From positions 5,796 to 69,795 of the forward strand of contig NZWE01000008.1 of the NCBI GenBank assembly GCA_002697535.1: a stretch of 64,000 nt of DNA. The letters are read 5' to 3'. Positions within the stretch are counted from its first letter, which is position 1. Each line of letters begins with the position of its first letter. Made by a program: the position numbers and the translations under genes. The DNA is from Actinomycetota bacterium (GTDB taxonomy: Bacteria > Margulisbacteria > Marinamargulisbacteria > GCA-2716485 > GCA-002719695). This document shows, one piece after another, positions 17,061-27,398 of this stretch. The notes beneath the pieces were generated by a model. It was not told the DNA's origin. It searched no databases and was given only the letters and a program-made list of their open reading frames with translations.

Positions 17061-18098
17061 TTATAAAGATGTATAGGATTGATAATTTACTTTTTGTAAG
17101 CCAGATGACTGATACATTTCTAATGAGTTATCATTATTACGAACAATTATTAATCCCTCCACATCAGAGTAAGACTCAATTAAGCTTAGCCCTCTATTAA
17201 CACCCATTACCATAATAGACGTTGCTAAGCCATCTGCTAAAATACAATTCGGAGCGATAATGGATACCGATGTAATTTTTGATTGTGAAGGACTTCCTTT
17301 TTTTGAATTTATAATATGTGAATAAATAACACCGTTTTTCTCAAAGAAGTTTTGATAATCTCCACTCGTTGCTAAAGAAGAGTTGGTTAAATCAACTGAT
17401 CCTAGTAAACTTTGTTCAATATCATGGTACTTTGGTTTATTAATGCCAATTTTCCATGGCTTATTTTTCTTTGTTAAAACTCTTACTTCTCCACCAATTT
17501 CTACCATATATTTTTTTGAACCAACACTTTCTAAGAGTAAGGCTATTTGATCAACAGCATATCCTTTTACTATAGCAGAAAGATCTAACTCTACATCAGG
17601 ATTTAATTTTCTAAGCTTATTATCAGCTAAAACAATTTTATCTAACCCAATATTTTTAGCTATGCGATCAAGCTCCCTTTGATTTGGAATAGAAAAAAAT
17701 GACTTATCTGAACCAAATCCCCATATATCTGATAATGTTTTTATTGTGGGATCAAAATAACCGGTTGTATCACGATTTAATTTATATGATAATTCTACCA
17801 ATTTTTTAAAATCATCGGATATCTCTACATTCTCTAAACTTTTCAACTGATTGAAGGTACTAATCTCAGATTGAGTATCCCATGTTGAAAAAATAGCACT
17901 AATTCTATTAAGTTCATTTTCTATTTTTGATTTAATATTATTTTTTGTAATCCATTTTGGGCTATAACACTTAATGGTATAGCTTGTTCCCATGGTTTCT
18001 CCATTAATAACCATATATTTTTTCTGAAATGTCCATACCAGTAACAATGGAACTATTACTACACATACAAATATCAATAATCTTTTTTTAATACTCAT
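17061..18098 (-). CDS. apbE: FAD:protein FMN transferase (flavin transferase ApbE)
   Basis: MGTSYTIK, DPTIKTLSDIWGFG, DLSAIVKGYAVDQ, ATSGDYQNFF and ADGLATSIMVMG. Immediately downstream of nqrF. Confidence 0.9.
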   Translation of the reverse strand: MSIKKRLLIFVCVVIVPLLLVWTFQKKYMVINGETMGTSYTIKCYSPKWITKNNIKSKIENELNRISAIFSTWDTQSEISTFNQLKSLENVEISDDFKKLVELSYKLNRDTTGYFDPTIKTLSDIWGFGSDKSFFSIPNQRELDRIAKNIGLDKIVLADNKLRKLNPDVELDLSAIVKGYAVDQIALLLESVGSKKYMVEIGGEVRVLTKKNKPWKIGINKPKYHDIEQSLLGSVDLTNSSLATSGDYQNFFEKNGVIYSHIINSKKGSPSQSKITSVSIIAPNCILADGLATSIMVMGVNRGLSLIESYSDVEGLIIVRNNDNSLEMYQSSGLQKVNYQSYTSL

Positions 18099-18135
18099 CT
18101 TATCTCTACCGCAACGTCACCTTTATTAATCTATT

Positions 18136-19356
18136 CTATCCAAAATCATCAAAATCTATCATTTCTTTTTCAACACCTATATTATCTAACATCTCCATGA
18201 CACATTTTAACATCATAGGCGGTCCACATAAATAATATTCTACTTCGGTAGGATCTTCATGAGTGTTCAAATAATTATCTAGTAAGGCTTGATGAATAAA
18301 ACCTGTCATCCCAGCCCAATTATCTTCGGGTAATGCATCAGATAAAGCTACATGATAGGAAAAACTAGGGTTTTCTTTTTCTAATTGCTTAAATTCATCA
18401 TCATAAAACATCTCTCTGGCTGATCGAGCCCCATACCAAAATGTTATTTTTCGTTTTGATTTAATTCTCTTCAATTGATCAAAAATATGACTCCTCATAG
18501 GTGCCATACCCGCTCCCCCTCCAATAAAGCACATCTCTCTCTCTGTTTCTTTCGCATAAAACTCTCCAAAGGGACCACTGGCTGTAATTTTGTCACCAGG
18601 CTTTAAATTAAAAATGTAAGTTGATCCAATTCCAGGAGGTACATCTAAACCAGGAGGTGGTGTTGCAATTCTAACGTTTAAATAGATCACACCTTTTTCT
18701 TCTGGATAATTTGCCATTGAATACGCTCTAAAAATTTCTTCATCATTTGATCCTTTAATATCCCATAATTTAAATTTATCCCAATCTTCACAGAATTCTT
18801 TCTCAACATCAAAATCTTTAAATGTACAATTAAATGGAGGAATATAAAGTTGAGCATATCCTCCTGCTCGAAAATCAACATCTACACCTTCTGGCAATTT
18901 TAATCGTAATTCTTTTATAAACGTCGCTACATTATGATTTGAAACTACCTCACATTCAAACTTCTTAATACTAAATATTTCATCAGGAATTTTTATTTTC
19001 ATATCATTTTTCACTTTTACCTGACATCCTAACCTAACATTTTCTTTTCGTTCACCTAATGTTAAATGAGGTAACTCTGTTGGCAAAATATCGCCACCAC
19101 CATCCTCTATTTGCAACTTACACATTGCACAGGTTCCACCCCCACCACATGCTGAAGGCAAAAACAAACCATTATTAGATAAGGCTGATAATAAGGTTGT
19201 TCCAGAGCTAACTGTAGGGCTCTTTTCTTCATCCCCATTTATGACTACCTTGCAATCACTACTACCAATAACATTTTTTTCCACAAGATATAAAAGTGTC
19301 ACTAACGACATAATAATTAATAACACAGTTAAGACACTTATAATGTAAATCATCAT
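18136..19356 (-). CDS. nqrF: Na+-translocating NADH:quinone oxidoreductase subunit F
   Basis: N-terminal TM helix, 2Fe-2S ferredoxin motif SACGGGGTCAMCK ... LGCQV, and FAD/NAD domain RAYSMANYP, GGGAGMAPMRS. Confidence 0.95.
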   Translation of the reverse strand: MMIYIISVLTVLLIIMSLVTLLYLVEKNVIGSSDCKVVINGDEEKSPTVSSGTTLLSALSNNGLFLPSACGGGGTCAMCKLQIEDGGGDILPTELPHLTLGERKENVRLGCQVKVKNDMKIKIPDEIFSIKKFECEVVSNHNVATFIKELRLKLPEGVDVDFRAGGYAQLYIPPFNCTFKDFDVEKEFCEDWDKFKLWDIKGSNDEEIFRAYSMANYPEEKGVIYLNVRIATPPPGLDVPPGIGSTYIFNLKPGDKITASGPFGEFYAKETEREMCFIGGGAGMAPMRSHIFDQLKRIKSKRKITFWYGARSAREMFYDDEFKQLEKENPSFSYHVALSDALPEDNWAGMTGFIHQALLDNYLNTHEDPTEVEYYLCGPPMMLKCVMEMLDNIGVEKEMIDFDDFG

Positions 19357-19967
19357 GTTAGTTTTATCCCTGCAAAAGCCATAAATGCCATGGCTATCAA
19401 CCCTGTAACCACCATATTAACGGCAAATCCATCTAAACCTTTTGGTAAATGAGCATACTTTAATTTTTGTAATACAGCTGAGAAACAAACAATCGCTAAA
19501 AACCAGCCAATCCCAGAACTAAAGCCAAAGACTACAGACTCTATAAATGTATAGGCTCTTTGTTCCATAAAAAGAGACGTTCCCAAAATTGCGCAGTTTA
19601 CAGCAATTAACGGTAAAAATATCCCTAATGATGTATATAATCCAGGACTAAACTTTTCCATAAGCATTTCAACTAACTGAACCTGAGATGCAATAACGGC
19701 TATAAATGCTATAAATACCAAAAAGCTTAAATCAGCTTCAGGAAACCCTAACCAAGCTAAGGCCCCAGGTCTTAAGAAAAAATGATTAATTGCCCAATTA
19801 ACAGGTGTTGTAATCGTTAATACAAAAATAACAGCAATACCTAGTCCAGTAGCTGTTTTAATATTTTTTGCACACCCAAGAAAAGAACACATTCCTAAAA
19901 ATAAGGCTAATAAAATATTATTAATAAAGATTGATTCAAGCGCTAAACTTGCTAAATGTGCTACCAT
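19353..19967 (-). CDS. nqrE: Na+-NQR subunit E
   Basis: 204-aa polytopic protein of the NqrDE/RnfAE family, in operon position between nqrD and nqrF. Confidence 0.95.
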   Translation of the reverse strand: MVAHLASLALESIFINNILLALFLGMCSFLGCAKNIKTATGLGIAVIFVLTITTPVNWAINHFFLRPGALAWLGFPEADLSFLVFIAFIAVIASQVQLVEMLMEKFSPGLYTSLGIFLPLIAVNCAILGTSLFMEQRAYTFIESVVFGFSSGIGWFLAIVCFSAVLQKLKYAHLPKGLDGFAVNMVVTGLIAMAFMAFAGIKLT

Positions 19968-19968
19968 C

Positions 19969-20598
19969 TTAATGCTCTACTCCTTGACCGGTAAATATAT
20001 TTTGTATCCATACCAATATACCAATTAATATAAAAGCTCCTGGTGCTAATAACATAAGTCCCATATCTACATAGCCTATTTGATATAAAAAATCAGGCAC
20101 AACTTTTATTCCAAACAAACTACCTGCTCCAAATAATTCTCTAAAAAAACCAACTACAATTAAGATATACCCATAGCCTAACCCATTTCCTAACCCATCC
20201 CAAAATGATAGCCAAGGTCCATTTGCTAAGGCAAAGGCTTCTGCTCTACCCATAATAATACAGTTTGTAATTATCAATCCGACAAAAACACTTAATTGTT
20301 TACTAACATCAAATAAAAATGCTTTTAATAACTGGTCCGCTAAAATAACTAATGATGAAACAACAACTAACTCTACAATAATTCGAATATTTTTAGGAAT
20401 AACATGCCTTAATATAGAAATAGTAATATTGGAAAATGTCAAAACAAATGTCATGGCTAAAACCATAATAATTGATGGAAAAATCTGTGTTGTAACAGCT
20501 AATGATGAACAAATTCCTAATATCGCAATTGATATTGGGTTCGCTTCAATTAAAGGCTTTTTAAATGTCTTATAAGCTTTTGATTTTAAAAAACTCAT
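19969..20598 (-). CDS. nqrD: Na+-NQR subunit D
   Basis: 209-aa polytopic protein of the NqrDE/RnfAE family (GLIITNCIIMGRAEAFA), in the expected operon position. Confidence 0.95.
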   Translation of the reverse strand: MSFLKSKAYKTFKKPLIEANPISIAILGICSSLAVTTQIFPSIIMVLAMTFVLTFSNITISILRHVIPKNIRIIVELVVVSSLVILADQLLKAFLFDVSKQLSVFVGLIITNCIIMGRAEAFALANGPWLSFWDGLGNGLGYGYILIVVGFFRELFGAGSLFGIKVVPDFLYQIGYVDMGLMLLAPGAFILIGILVWIQNIFTGQGVEH

Positions 20599-21284
20599 TA
20601 TCCTTTTCTCCTTAATCGTTTTGCAAATGTTTCATAAGCTGATAAATCTTTACGTAAATAATCTTCTATTCCTTTACTTGTTATAGTCGCTCCACTCATC
20701 CCGTCTACATAATTTTTCTCTTTAATCTTACTAAAACCTTTATCAGCTACTTTTCCTTTAACGACACCAATTGAAACAAATTTTCCATTTATGTCTGTTA
20801 TTTTTTTACCAATAAATTGATCTTGAAACCATGGTTTTTCACATTCGCCTCCAAGCCCCGGTGTCTCTCCATGACTATACACCGTAAACCCCACAATTGA
20901 ATCTCCATCTCCATTAAAAGCAATATATCCATACATCCAACTCCATAATCCATAGGCTTTAAATGGTACCGCATATGTCTTTATGTTACTTGCATCTCCA
21001 ACTAAAAAAAGCGCTCTAGCTGTTTCTTCTTCTGTTAAATTCCCCTCACTATCTAAATAAAATTCTTTTACATTACCATTATAGTTCTCTTTAATTTCAT
21101 CACCCGTATATTTCTTATCTTTACTAATTAAATTTAGGGCTTTTAATATATTTTTTTGTCTATCAATTAATTTATTTTCATCTTGCCTTTCTTTTAATCC
21201 AACAGAGGCTGCTGTTAACGCAATGCTACAACAGACACACATAATAATCGCAAATCGAAATGTTTTTTGAGCTTCAGACAACAT
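20598..21284 (-). CDS. nqrC: Na+-NQR subunit C
   Basis: Single TM helix plus the FMN attachment motif VDGMSGATITS. Confidence 0.9.
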   Translation of the reverse strand: MLSEAQKTFRFAIIMCVCCSIALTAASVGLKERQDENKLIDRQKNILKALNLISKDKKYTGDEIKENYNGNVKEFYLDSEGNLTEEETARALFLVGDASNIKTYAVPFKAYGLWSWMYGYIAFNGDGDSIVGFTVYSHGETPGLGGECEKPWFQDQFIGKKITDINGKFVSIGVVKGKVADKGFSKIKEKNYVDGMSGATITSKGIEDYLRKDLSAYETFAKRLRRKG

Positions 21285-22461
21285 TAGGAATCCTTTTCTT
21301 TATCTTCATAGAAATCACAACATGATCAATTAAAGGTGCAAATACATTCATTAATAAAATTGCTAACATCCAACCTTCTGGATAAGCCGGATTAATAACT
21401 CGAATAATAATGCCCAATATTCCTATTAAAAACCCATAAATAAATCGTGATATTTCTAAACTTGGTGATGATACTGGATCGGTTGCCATAAAGACCGTGG
21501 CAAAAGCAAAACTTCCAATCGACATTTGCCAAATGGGTGATAAACCTAAAAATGGATTACTTGATGGGCCTGCTATCAGATTAAATATCAATGTCATTAA
21601 GGTTGCACCAAGCACACTCCCAATCATTGTTCGCCAACTTCCTACCCCTGTAATAATTAAAAATATCGCTCCAAATAAAATTAAGGGAACACTTGTCTCC
21701 CCTATACTTCCAGGAATTAATCCAATAAAACTTTTTTCTAAACTAAATCCCGCATTAGTTAATACTTCACTTGCTTTCATGGGAGCTTCTGTCGCTGCGG
21801 CTACAGCTAACGCTGTGGCTCCACTCCATCCATCAACTATTTGATCTTTACTTTTTAAAATTGATGTCCATACTTCACCACTAATATAAGCAGGGTATGT
21901 AAAAAACACAAAAGCTCTTGCTGTTAAAGCTGGATTTAAAAAATTTCGTCCAGATCCCCCAAATACTTCTTTTCCAACAATCACACCAAAGGCTATCCCA
22001 ACCCCAGCCTGCCATAAAGGCAAGGTTGCAGGCAATGTTAATGGATACAAAATACCGGTCACTAAAAAACCTTCATTAATTTCATGTTTTCTTATAATTG
22101 CAAATAATAGCTCAATCGTTCCTCCAACAGCATACGACACCAAAATTAATGGTAAAACAAGCTTTGAACCTGTTAATAAAACAGGTATTAAATCCAATGA
22201 TAAACCAACAGCTTTATGTGCTTGATATCCTGAATTATAAATACCAAAAAGAATACAAGGTGTTAATGCCGCCATTACCATACTCATAAATCGTTTTGTA
22301 TCTAATGAATCTCTAATATGAACACTTGACTGTGTCGTTTCTTTAACACTAAATAAAAAACTTGCTCCTGCTTCATACAAAGGATAAAGTTTTTCAAACT
22401 TACCACCTTTCACAAAGTGTTTTTCTTGCTCATTTAAGAAATCTGCTAATTTTTTTATCAT
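21274..22461 (-). CDS. nqrB: Na+-NQR subunit B
   Basis: Polytopic protein with the FMN attachment motif DGWSGATAL. Follows nqrA. Confidence 0.95.
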   Translation of the reverse strand: MIKKLADFLNEQEKHFVKGGKFEKLYPLYEAGASFLFSVKETTQSSVHIRDSLDTKRFMSMVMAALTPCILFGIYNSGYQAHKAVGLSLDLIPVLLTGSKLVLPLILVSYAVGGTIELLFAIIRKHEINEGFLVTGILYPLTLPATLPLWQAGVGIAFGVIVGKEVFGGSGRNFLNPALTARAFVFFTYPAYISGEVWTSILKSKDQIVDGWSGATALAVAAATEAPMKASEVLTNAGFSLEKSFIGLIPGSIGETSVPLILFGAIFLIITGVGSWRTMIGSVLGATLMTLIFNLIAGPSSNPFLGLSPIWQMSIGSFAFATVFMATDPVSSPSLEISRFIYGFLIGILGIIIRVINPAYPEGWMLAILLMNVFAPLIDHVVISMKIKKRIPNVV

Positions 22462-23810
22462 TATTTTCCAACTTCCTTTGCAATTATATTTTTTGCATTG
22501 GTTACAATCTCATCTAATTCAATTTTGGATGGACATACATAGGTACATAATCCGCACTCTACACAATCTAATACCCCTTGCTCCATCGCAGTCTCAATAT
22601 CATTTACATTTAAATTTTTCATTGTTACTTGAGGATACGTTTCTACAGGGCATACTGCTACACAAGATCCACATGATATACACGCTCGGTGTCCTCCATT
22701 AAGCGATGTATTCATTTCCCATTCTTTATCTTTTAATAAGGCAGACATATAGGTTCTAGAAACCGTTGGTCTATGAAATCCGGGTTTAAAAAAATGTAAA
22801 AATTCCTGTTCTCTTCCTTCTGGTAATACTTGCAATGCAAAATCTCTATAGCTAACGTAATCTTCCTTGTCTATTTTCTGTCCTGTTAATGCGCCTCCGG
22901 CAATAATTCTAATCTTGCTAAAATCGTCTATTCCCTTTAATACAGCTTCTACCGGTATTCCATCTTGAACCCAAGCATAGCAAGCATCTTTTAAGATATT
23001 ACCCGAAACGGTTATCAATCGCTTATTTGGATAAACCCCAGACTCTAACAACATCCCTATACGAATAACATCTTGAGCTTTAATTCCCCATGATTTATTT
23101 TCATCTGATGATGTTTTATTGTAATAAAGTAAAACACCTGGATCATTAGCAGGATAATCCCCCACTAATTGATGCGTCGCTTCTTTCCTGACGGAAGGAT
23201 CATTGACTTTACAATTAACTGACATTCCTAAATATGTTTTTTTACAAATACGCTTAATTGCACTTAAACCTGTTAAAAACTCAGATTCATGCCCTTTTAT
23301 AAACATATGCGATTCGGGTAAAAAAGGTTCATCATTATCTAACCCAACATAAATCGAAGGCGGGATTTCATCTTTATCAGGAGCTCTATTAAATGGATAT
23401 TCAAGAAATGAAGACCATAATCCTCCTTTCTGAATTATTGATCTAATATCTGCTACTGATTTTTCTTTAATATCATTGATTGAAAGTGGATCACATATTT
23501 TTTCTTTTTCGTCTTTATTATCTGACGTAATAACAATGGCTTTAATAATGCGTTTATCCCCATAAATTATCTCTTTAATAGTCCCACTTACAGGTGATAA
23601 AAACTCATTAACTTCATTTTTTTTATCAAAAAATAAACGCGATCCTATTTTTACGGCATCTCCAATTTTAACAACTACTTTAGGTTTTATATATTTAACT
23701 CGTGAAGGGGCTACTCCATACTCTTCTGATTGTGTAATATCAACAATCTTTTCTTCAGGACTACCTGCTATTTTTAATTTATATGTATTCTTTACGTTAA
23801 TTTTTTTCAT
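22461..23810 (-). CDS. nqrA: Na+-NQR subunit A
   Basis: 449-aa soluble-type subunit at the head of nqrABCDEF. N-terminal barrel-sandwich-like region and a C-terminal Cys-rich segment. Confidence 0.9.
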   Translation of the reverse strand: MKKINVKNTYKLKIAGSPEEKIVDITQSEEYGVAPSRVKYIKPKVVVKIGDAVKIGSRLFFDKKNEVNEFLSPVSGTIKEIIYGDKRIIKAIVITSDNKDEKEKICDPLSINDIKEKSVADIRSIIQKGGLWSSFLEYPFNRAPDKDEIPPSIYVGLDNDEPFLPESHMFIKGHESEFLTGLSAIKRICKKTYLGMSVNCKVNDPSVRKEATHQLVGDYPANDPGVLLYYNKTSSDENKSWGIKAQDVIRIGMLLESGVYPNKRLITVSGNILKDACYAWVQDGIPVEAVLKGIDDFSKIRIIAGGALTGQKIDKEDYVSYRDFALQVLPEGREQEFLHFFKPGFHRPTVSRTYMSALLKDKEWEMNTSLNGGHRACISCGSCVAVCPVETYPQVTMKNLNVNDIETAMEQGVLDCVECGLCTYVCPSKIELDEIVTNAKNIIAKEVGK

Positions 23811-23901
23811 ATTTTTTTTTGACTATAATTAGGTTTAATTTTTAAATTAGCTATTAATAATATTCGATTTATCTTTGTGCGTAAATATTATTTTTTTTCA
23901 C

Positions 23902-24189
23902 TTACTTTTCTAGCTCTACCTCATAATTCAAAATAAAGGCAAAACTAGCACAAAAACCAATTAATCCTGGAGCAAATAATAAAAATATAAATCCTACATT
24001 TAATGGGAATGTCGCTATAATTTTTCCATTACTATTTTTTATATTAATTTGAATTGCATTACTTTTTTTTAAAAACTTCTTGATCTGTTCTTTGCGAAAT
24101 GACAGTCTCTTATCTAAATTTAGTTTATTTAAATTAATTTCATCAGACATTACAAATTCATTATATGATCTGTCTATATCATGTGACAA
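23902..24189 (-). CDS. hypothetical small membrane protein
   Basis: 95 aa with one C-terminal hydrophobic stretch (FIFLLFAPGLIGFCASFAFIL). Located between rlmN and nqrA. Confidence 0.4.
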   Translation of the reverse strand: MSHDIDRSYNEFVMSDEINLNKLNLDKRLSFRKEQIKKFLKKSNAIQINIKNSNGKIIATFPLNVGFIFLLFAPGLIGFCASFAFILNYEVELEK

Positions 24190-24198
24190 TAGATAATT

Positions 24199-25233
24199 TT
24201 AGTTCAAATAACTTTCACCTAATTGACCACAAGCAGCTGTAATATCCTGTCCTTTTTTGTATCGAATTGTTACAGCACATTTTTGCTTTTTTATCACGGA
24301 CTGAATAGCATGTATTTTATCGATACTCACCGGTTTATAAGGTATTTTTTTATGAGGGTTTAAGTTAATTAAGTTTATTTTTGCATTTAAATATTTGGCT
24401 AAATTTATCAGTGATTTAATATCATAATCGGTATCATTAACCCCTTCTAGCAAGGTATATTCCAGTGTTAATTTGCGATTGTGTTGTGATTGATATTCTT
24501 TTAAGACTTTTACAAAGTCTACAATGGGATTTCTTTTTTCAACAGGCATTATCCGTTCACGCTTTATGGGATCTGCGGACCCAACCGAAAATGCTAAATT
24601 AACAACTCTATCGTGCTTCTTTAAATATTCAATTCCTTTAATAAATCCCGAGGTTGATACGGTAATATTTCTCTTTGAGATATTATATAGTTTTGGATGG
24701 GTAAGCATATCAATTGCTTTAAATACCTGATCTGCATTTAACAAAGGTTCTCCCATTCCCATAAACACAATATTAGTGATGGGTTGATTAATTGAAAACG
24801 CATAAACAACTTGCTTCACAATCTCAGAAGCTGTTAATTGCCTCTTAAATCCAACAACTCCCGTTAAACAAAACTTACAATCAACCGGACATCCACACTG
24901 AGATGATATGCATAACGTATTATAGTTTTTTTCTTTTAAGACAACACATTCTAAAAAGTTTCCATCCTCTAATACACAACTGCTTTTAATAGCATTTTCT
25001 TCTTCTGATGTTACCGATTGAACATTCTTAAATATGTTAAAATCAATATGCTCAGCTAAAACAGCCTGATTTTTTTTGGAAATATTTTTCATCTTATCTA
25101 TGCTTAGTTGATGTTTTTTATATACCCAATCTAATACCTGATCTGCGATGTATTTAGGTAGCCCTAAACCAACACAGTATTCCTTTAACTCATCTATATC
25201 CATTTCAAAAATAGATTTTTTTTGCTTGTTCAT
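24199..25233 (-). CDS. rlmN: 23S rRNA/tRNA adenine-C2 methyltransferase, radical SAM
   Basis: Radical-SAM cluster motif CPVDCKFCLTG, plus GMGEPLLN and the C-terminal catalytic Cys in AACGQL. Confidence 0.9.
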   Translation of the reverse strand: MNKQKKSIFEMDIDELKEYCVGLGLPKYIADQVLDWVYKKHQLSIDKMKNISKKNQAVLAEHIDFNIFKNVQSVTSEEENAIKSSCVLEDGNFLECVVLKEKNYNTLCISSQCGCPVDCKFCLTGVVGFKRQLTASEIVKQVVYAFSINQPITNIVFMGMGEPLLNADQVFKAIDMLTHPKLYNISKRNITVSTSGFIKGIEYLKKHDRVVNLAFSVGSADPIKRERIMPVEKRNPIVDFVKVLKEYQSQHNRKLTLEYTLLEGVNDTDYDIKSLINLAKYLNAKINLINLNPHKKIPYKPVSIDKIHAIQSVIKKQKCAVTIRYKKGQDITAACGQLGESYLN

Positions 25234-25292
25234 ACTTACTTCCTTGCTAGGCAGTGTATGTTAAATATTACTATCTGACTAGAGGATTACGC

Positions 25293-25520
25293 TTATCCTG
25301 GAGATTGAATAAATGGCTCTGGCTCCCCTTGGTCACTATCAGCTGTTTGATTATCCTCCTGCGATACTTCCACAGACTGTCTATTTTGGTTTGATTGAGT
25401 GGTGGCCTTTTCAAAAGCTTCACTGGGCTCTGATACATAGTCTTCTTTCTTCTTCGACTGCCCGAATAAAGCAGCAATCAGTGAGGATGCAAATATTAGC
25501 TTAATTAATTTTGAAAACAT
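25293..25520 (-). CDS. hypothetical small secreted acidic protein
   Basis: Signal-peptide-like N-terminus (MFSKLIKLIFASSLIAALFG) followed by an acidic, Q/E/S-rich tail. Chosen over two overlapping ORFs in this locally stop-poor patch. Confidence 0.35.
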   Translation of the reverse strand: MFSKLIKLIFASSLIAALFGQSKKKEDYVSEPSEAFEKATTQSNQNRQSVEVSQEDNQTADSDQGEPEPFIQSPG

Positions 25521-25719
25521 AATTACTATGTAATTGTATCATACATTTTAGGTTTTGATCTATTTTCAACTACTGTCATCTAATTTTTTACATGTCACAG
25601 TTCATTATTAACTCTTGGATATGCTTTCATAATTTATTTTAAAACTTTACTATTGGTTTGCTACTGTTTTCTATATTATAATGTTTTTTGCAAAATTTTT
25701 TATATTCAAAGGAATTATT

Positions 25720-26757
25720 ATGACAGCTACCCACTATAACCAGTCTGAACTTGAAGATTCTATTAATAATCTTTCTACTAATCTTTGTAACATTAGTACG
25801 GATGAGCAATTAAATTTTTTACAAAACAGTCTGACCAGCTTAACTAATCTTCAAGCGGGTGATCCTGAATTAAGTGATATGAACTTGATTCAAAAAGCAA
25901 TTGATGAACTTGTTCAATCTTTTCTTTTATTCAAAGATTATCGTGACACAAGAAAAGTAACTATTTTTGGCTCTTCTCGTACAGAACCAAAAAACCCAAA
26001 TTATACACTAACAGAAGAAACGGCTAAACAACTTGTTGAATCAGGCATGCTAGTTATTACGGGTGCCGGTCCAGGCATTATGGAAGCTGGTAACAAAGGA
26101 GCCGGTGAAGGAAATAGCTTTGGCCTTCATATTATTCTTCCTTTTGAACAAAAACCTAATGAGTATATCTATAATTCTGAAAAAATGATTCCTTATAATT
26201 ATTTTTTTACTAGGAAATTAATTTTTGTTAAAGAATCGGATGCCTTTGTTTTATTTCCTGGAGGATTTGGTACTCAGGATGAAGCATTTGAAGTTCTGAC
26301 ACTTATGCAAACAGGGAGATGTTCTCCTAGACCGTTTATTATTATTAACCATGATAATAGTACCTACTGGGAAGAATGGAAAACATATGTTCATACACAC
26401 CTTTTAGATAAAAATTATATCTCTCCTGAAGATATGAATCTTATCAAAATTTTAAAATCGTCTACTGAAGTAGCCAGTTGTATTAATCACTTTTATTCTA
26501 CTTATCATTCTATTCGATATATCGATAAAACCACATGTATTCGACTTAACAGCCCTCTTTCAGAAGCAACTGTGAATCAGTTAAATGATACATTTCCACA
26601 TTTATTAGATTCCGGACGGTTTGAACTTTCTGATAATACCTGTTTTCCCAAAGAGGAATCTCTTTATCCTGATAAACAACGATTACTATTTAATTTTAAC
26701 CATAAAAGTTATGGCGGTTTAATATCCTTAATTGATTATATTAATGATAACGCGTAA
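25720..26757 (+). CDS. LOG family (TIGR00730) nucleotide phosphoribohydrolase-like protein
   Basis: TGAGPGIMEAGNKGA and the PGGFGTQDEAFE motif (PGGxGTxxE). Start moved to the ATG at 25720, preceded by AAAGGA with a 6-nt spacer. Has extra N- and C-terminal regions compared with minimal LOG proteins. Confidence 0.75.
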   Translation: MTATHYNQSELEDSINNLSTNLCNISTDEQLNFLQNSLTSLTNLQAGDPELSDMNLIQKAIDELVQSFLLFKDYRDTRKVTIFGSSRTEPKNPNYTLTEETAKQLVESGMLVITGAGPGIMEAGNKGAGEGNSFGLHIILPFEQKPNEYIYNSEKMIPYNYFFTRKLIFVKESDAFVLFPGGFGTQDEAFEVLTLMQTGRCSPRPFIIINHDNSTYWEEWKTYVHTHLLDKNYISPEDMNLIKILKSSTEVASCINHFYSTYHSIRYIDKTTCIRLNSPLSEATVNQLNDTFPHLLDSGRFELSDNTCFPKEESLYPDKQRLLFNFNHKSYGGLISLIDYINDNA

Positions 26758-26777
26758 TTATATTTAAAGGAGTATTT

Positions 26778-27395
26778 ATGTCACAATTATTATCTCAAGG
26801 TGGGCCTATTGTTATTTTGTTACTTGCTTGCTCAATTACAGGGGTTTATATTATTGCTCAAAAAATTTTATTTTTTAAATTCCATTTTTTTCAATTTAAT
26901 AAAACCATTCAAATTGTTAAAGATAGACTGATTTCTTTTGGAACAAAAGAAACCTTGCTATATTTTAGATCTGACAGGACGATTCCTGTAAATATTTTAA
27001 TATCCTCCATTAAATTACATAATCGTAATCGTGATGAAATTCAAGATGGTATTCGAGAATCTCTTTATAACCAAATTCCAAAACTTGAGTTTATGATGCC
27101 AATTTTATCAAGTATTATTACAGCGGCTCCTATTTTAGGTCTTACAGGAACAGTGTTAGGTCTAATGGATATTTTTAATGTTATATCAGGAGGATCTATA
27201 GGTGACTCTCAAGCATTATCTGCCGGTATTGCTAAAGCACTAGTTACCACCGTTATGGGTTTAATCATCACACTTCCGTTTGTATTCTTTTATCAATATT
27301 TTTCACAAAAAATTGAACATAGCTTGCTAGAACTTGAACGTATTAGTTATGAAATCATCCATTTTTGCCAGTCTAATGAGTCGATCAAACATTAA
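26778..27395 (+). CDS. MotA/TolQ/ExbB proton-channel family protein
   Basis: Three TM helices with the C-terminal conserved block PILGLTGTVLGLMDIF ... AKALVTTVMGLIITLP. AAGGAG Shine-Dalgarno upstream. Confidence 0.85.
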   Translation: MSQLLSQGGPIVILLLACSITGVYIIAQKILFFKFHFFQFNKTIQIVKDRLISFGTKETLLYFRSDRTIPVNILISSIKLHNRNRDEIQDGIRESLYNQIPKLEFMMPILSSIITAAPILGLTGTVLGLMDIFNVISGGSIGDSQALSAGIAKALVTTVMGLIITLPFVFFYQYFSQKIEHSLLELERISYEIIHFCQSNESIKH

Positions 27396-27398
27396 CCA

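Noticed and set aside
16928-17200. 90-aa plus-strand ORF spanning the porin start, the intergenic spacer and the apbE 3' end
   Set aside because: It overlaps two well-supported minus-strand genes and has no recognisable features.
21497-21844. 115-aa ORF antisense to nqrB, and a similar one at 22098-22289
   Set aside because: Both lie opposite a highly conserved Nqr subunit gene and have no start context. They are shadow ORFs.
13720-23810. Co-occurrence of NDH-2 and a complete Na+-NQR operon within 10 kb as a possible anomaly
   Set aside because: Many bacteria carry both enzymes. The gene content and order (nqrABCDEF-apbE) are canonical, so nothing here is unusual beyond ordinary respiratory flexibility.
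25271-25504. Two additional overlapping ORFs (25271-25477 minus, 25313-25504 plus) in a locally stop-poor patch
   Set aside because: Only the 25293-25520 frame gives a sensible signal-peptide-plus-tail architecture and an appropriate position upstream of rlmN. The others are most likely compositional artefacts. Even the chosen frame has low confidence.
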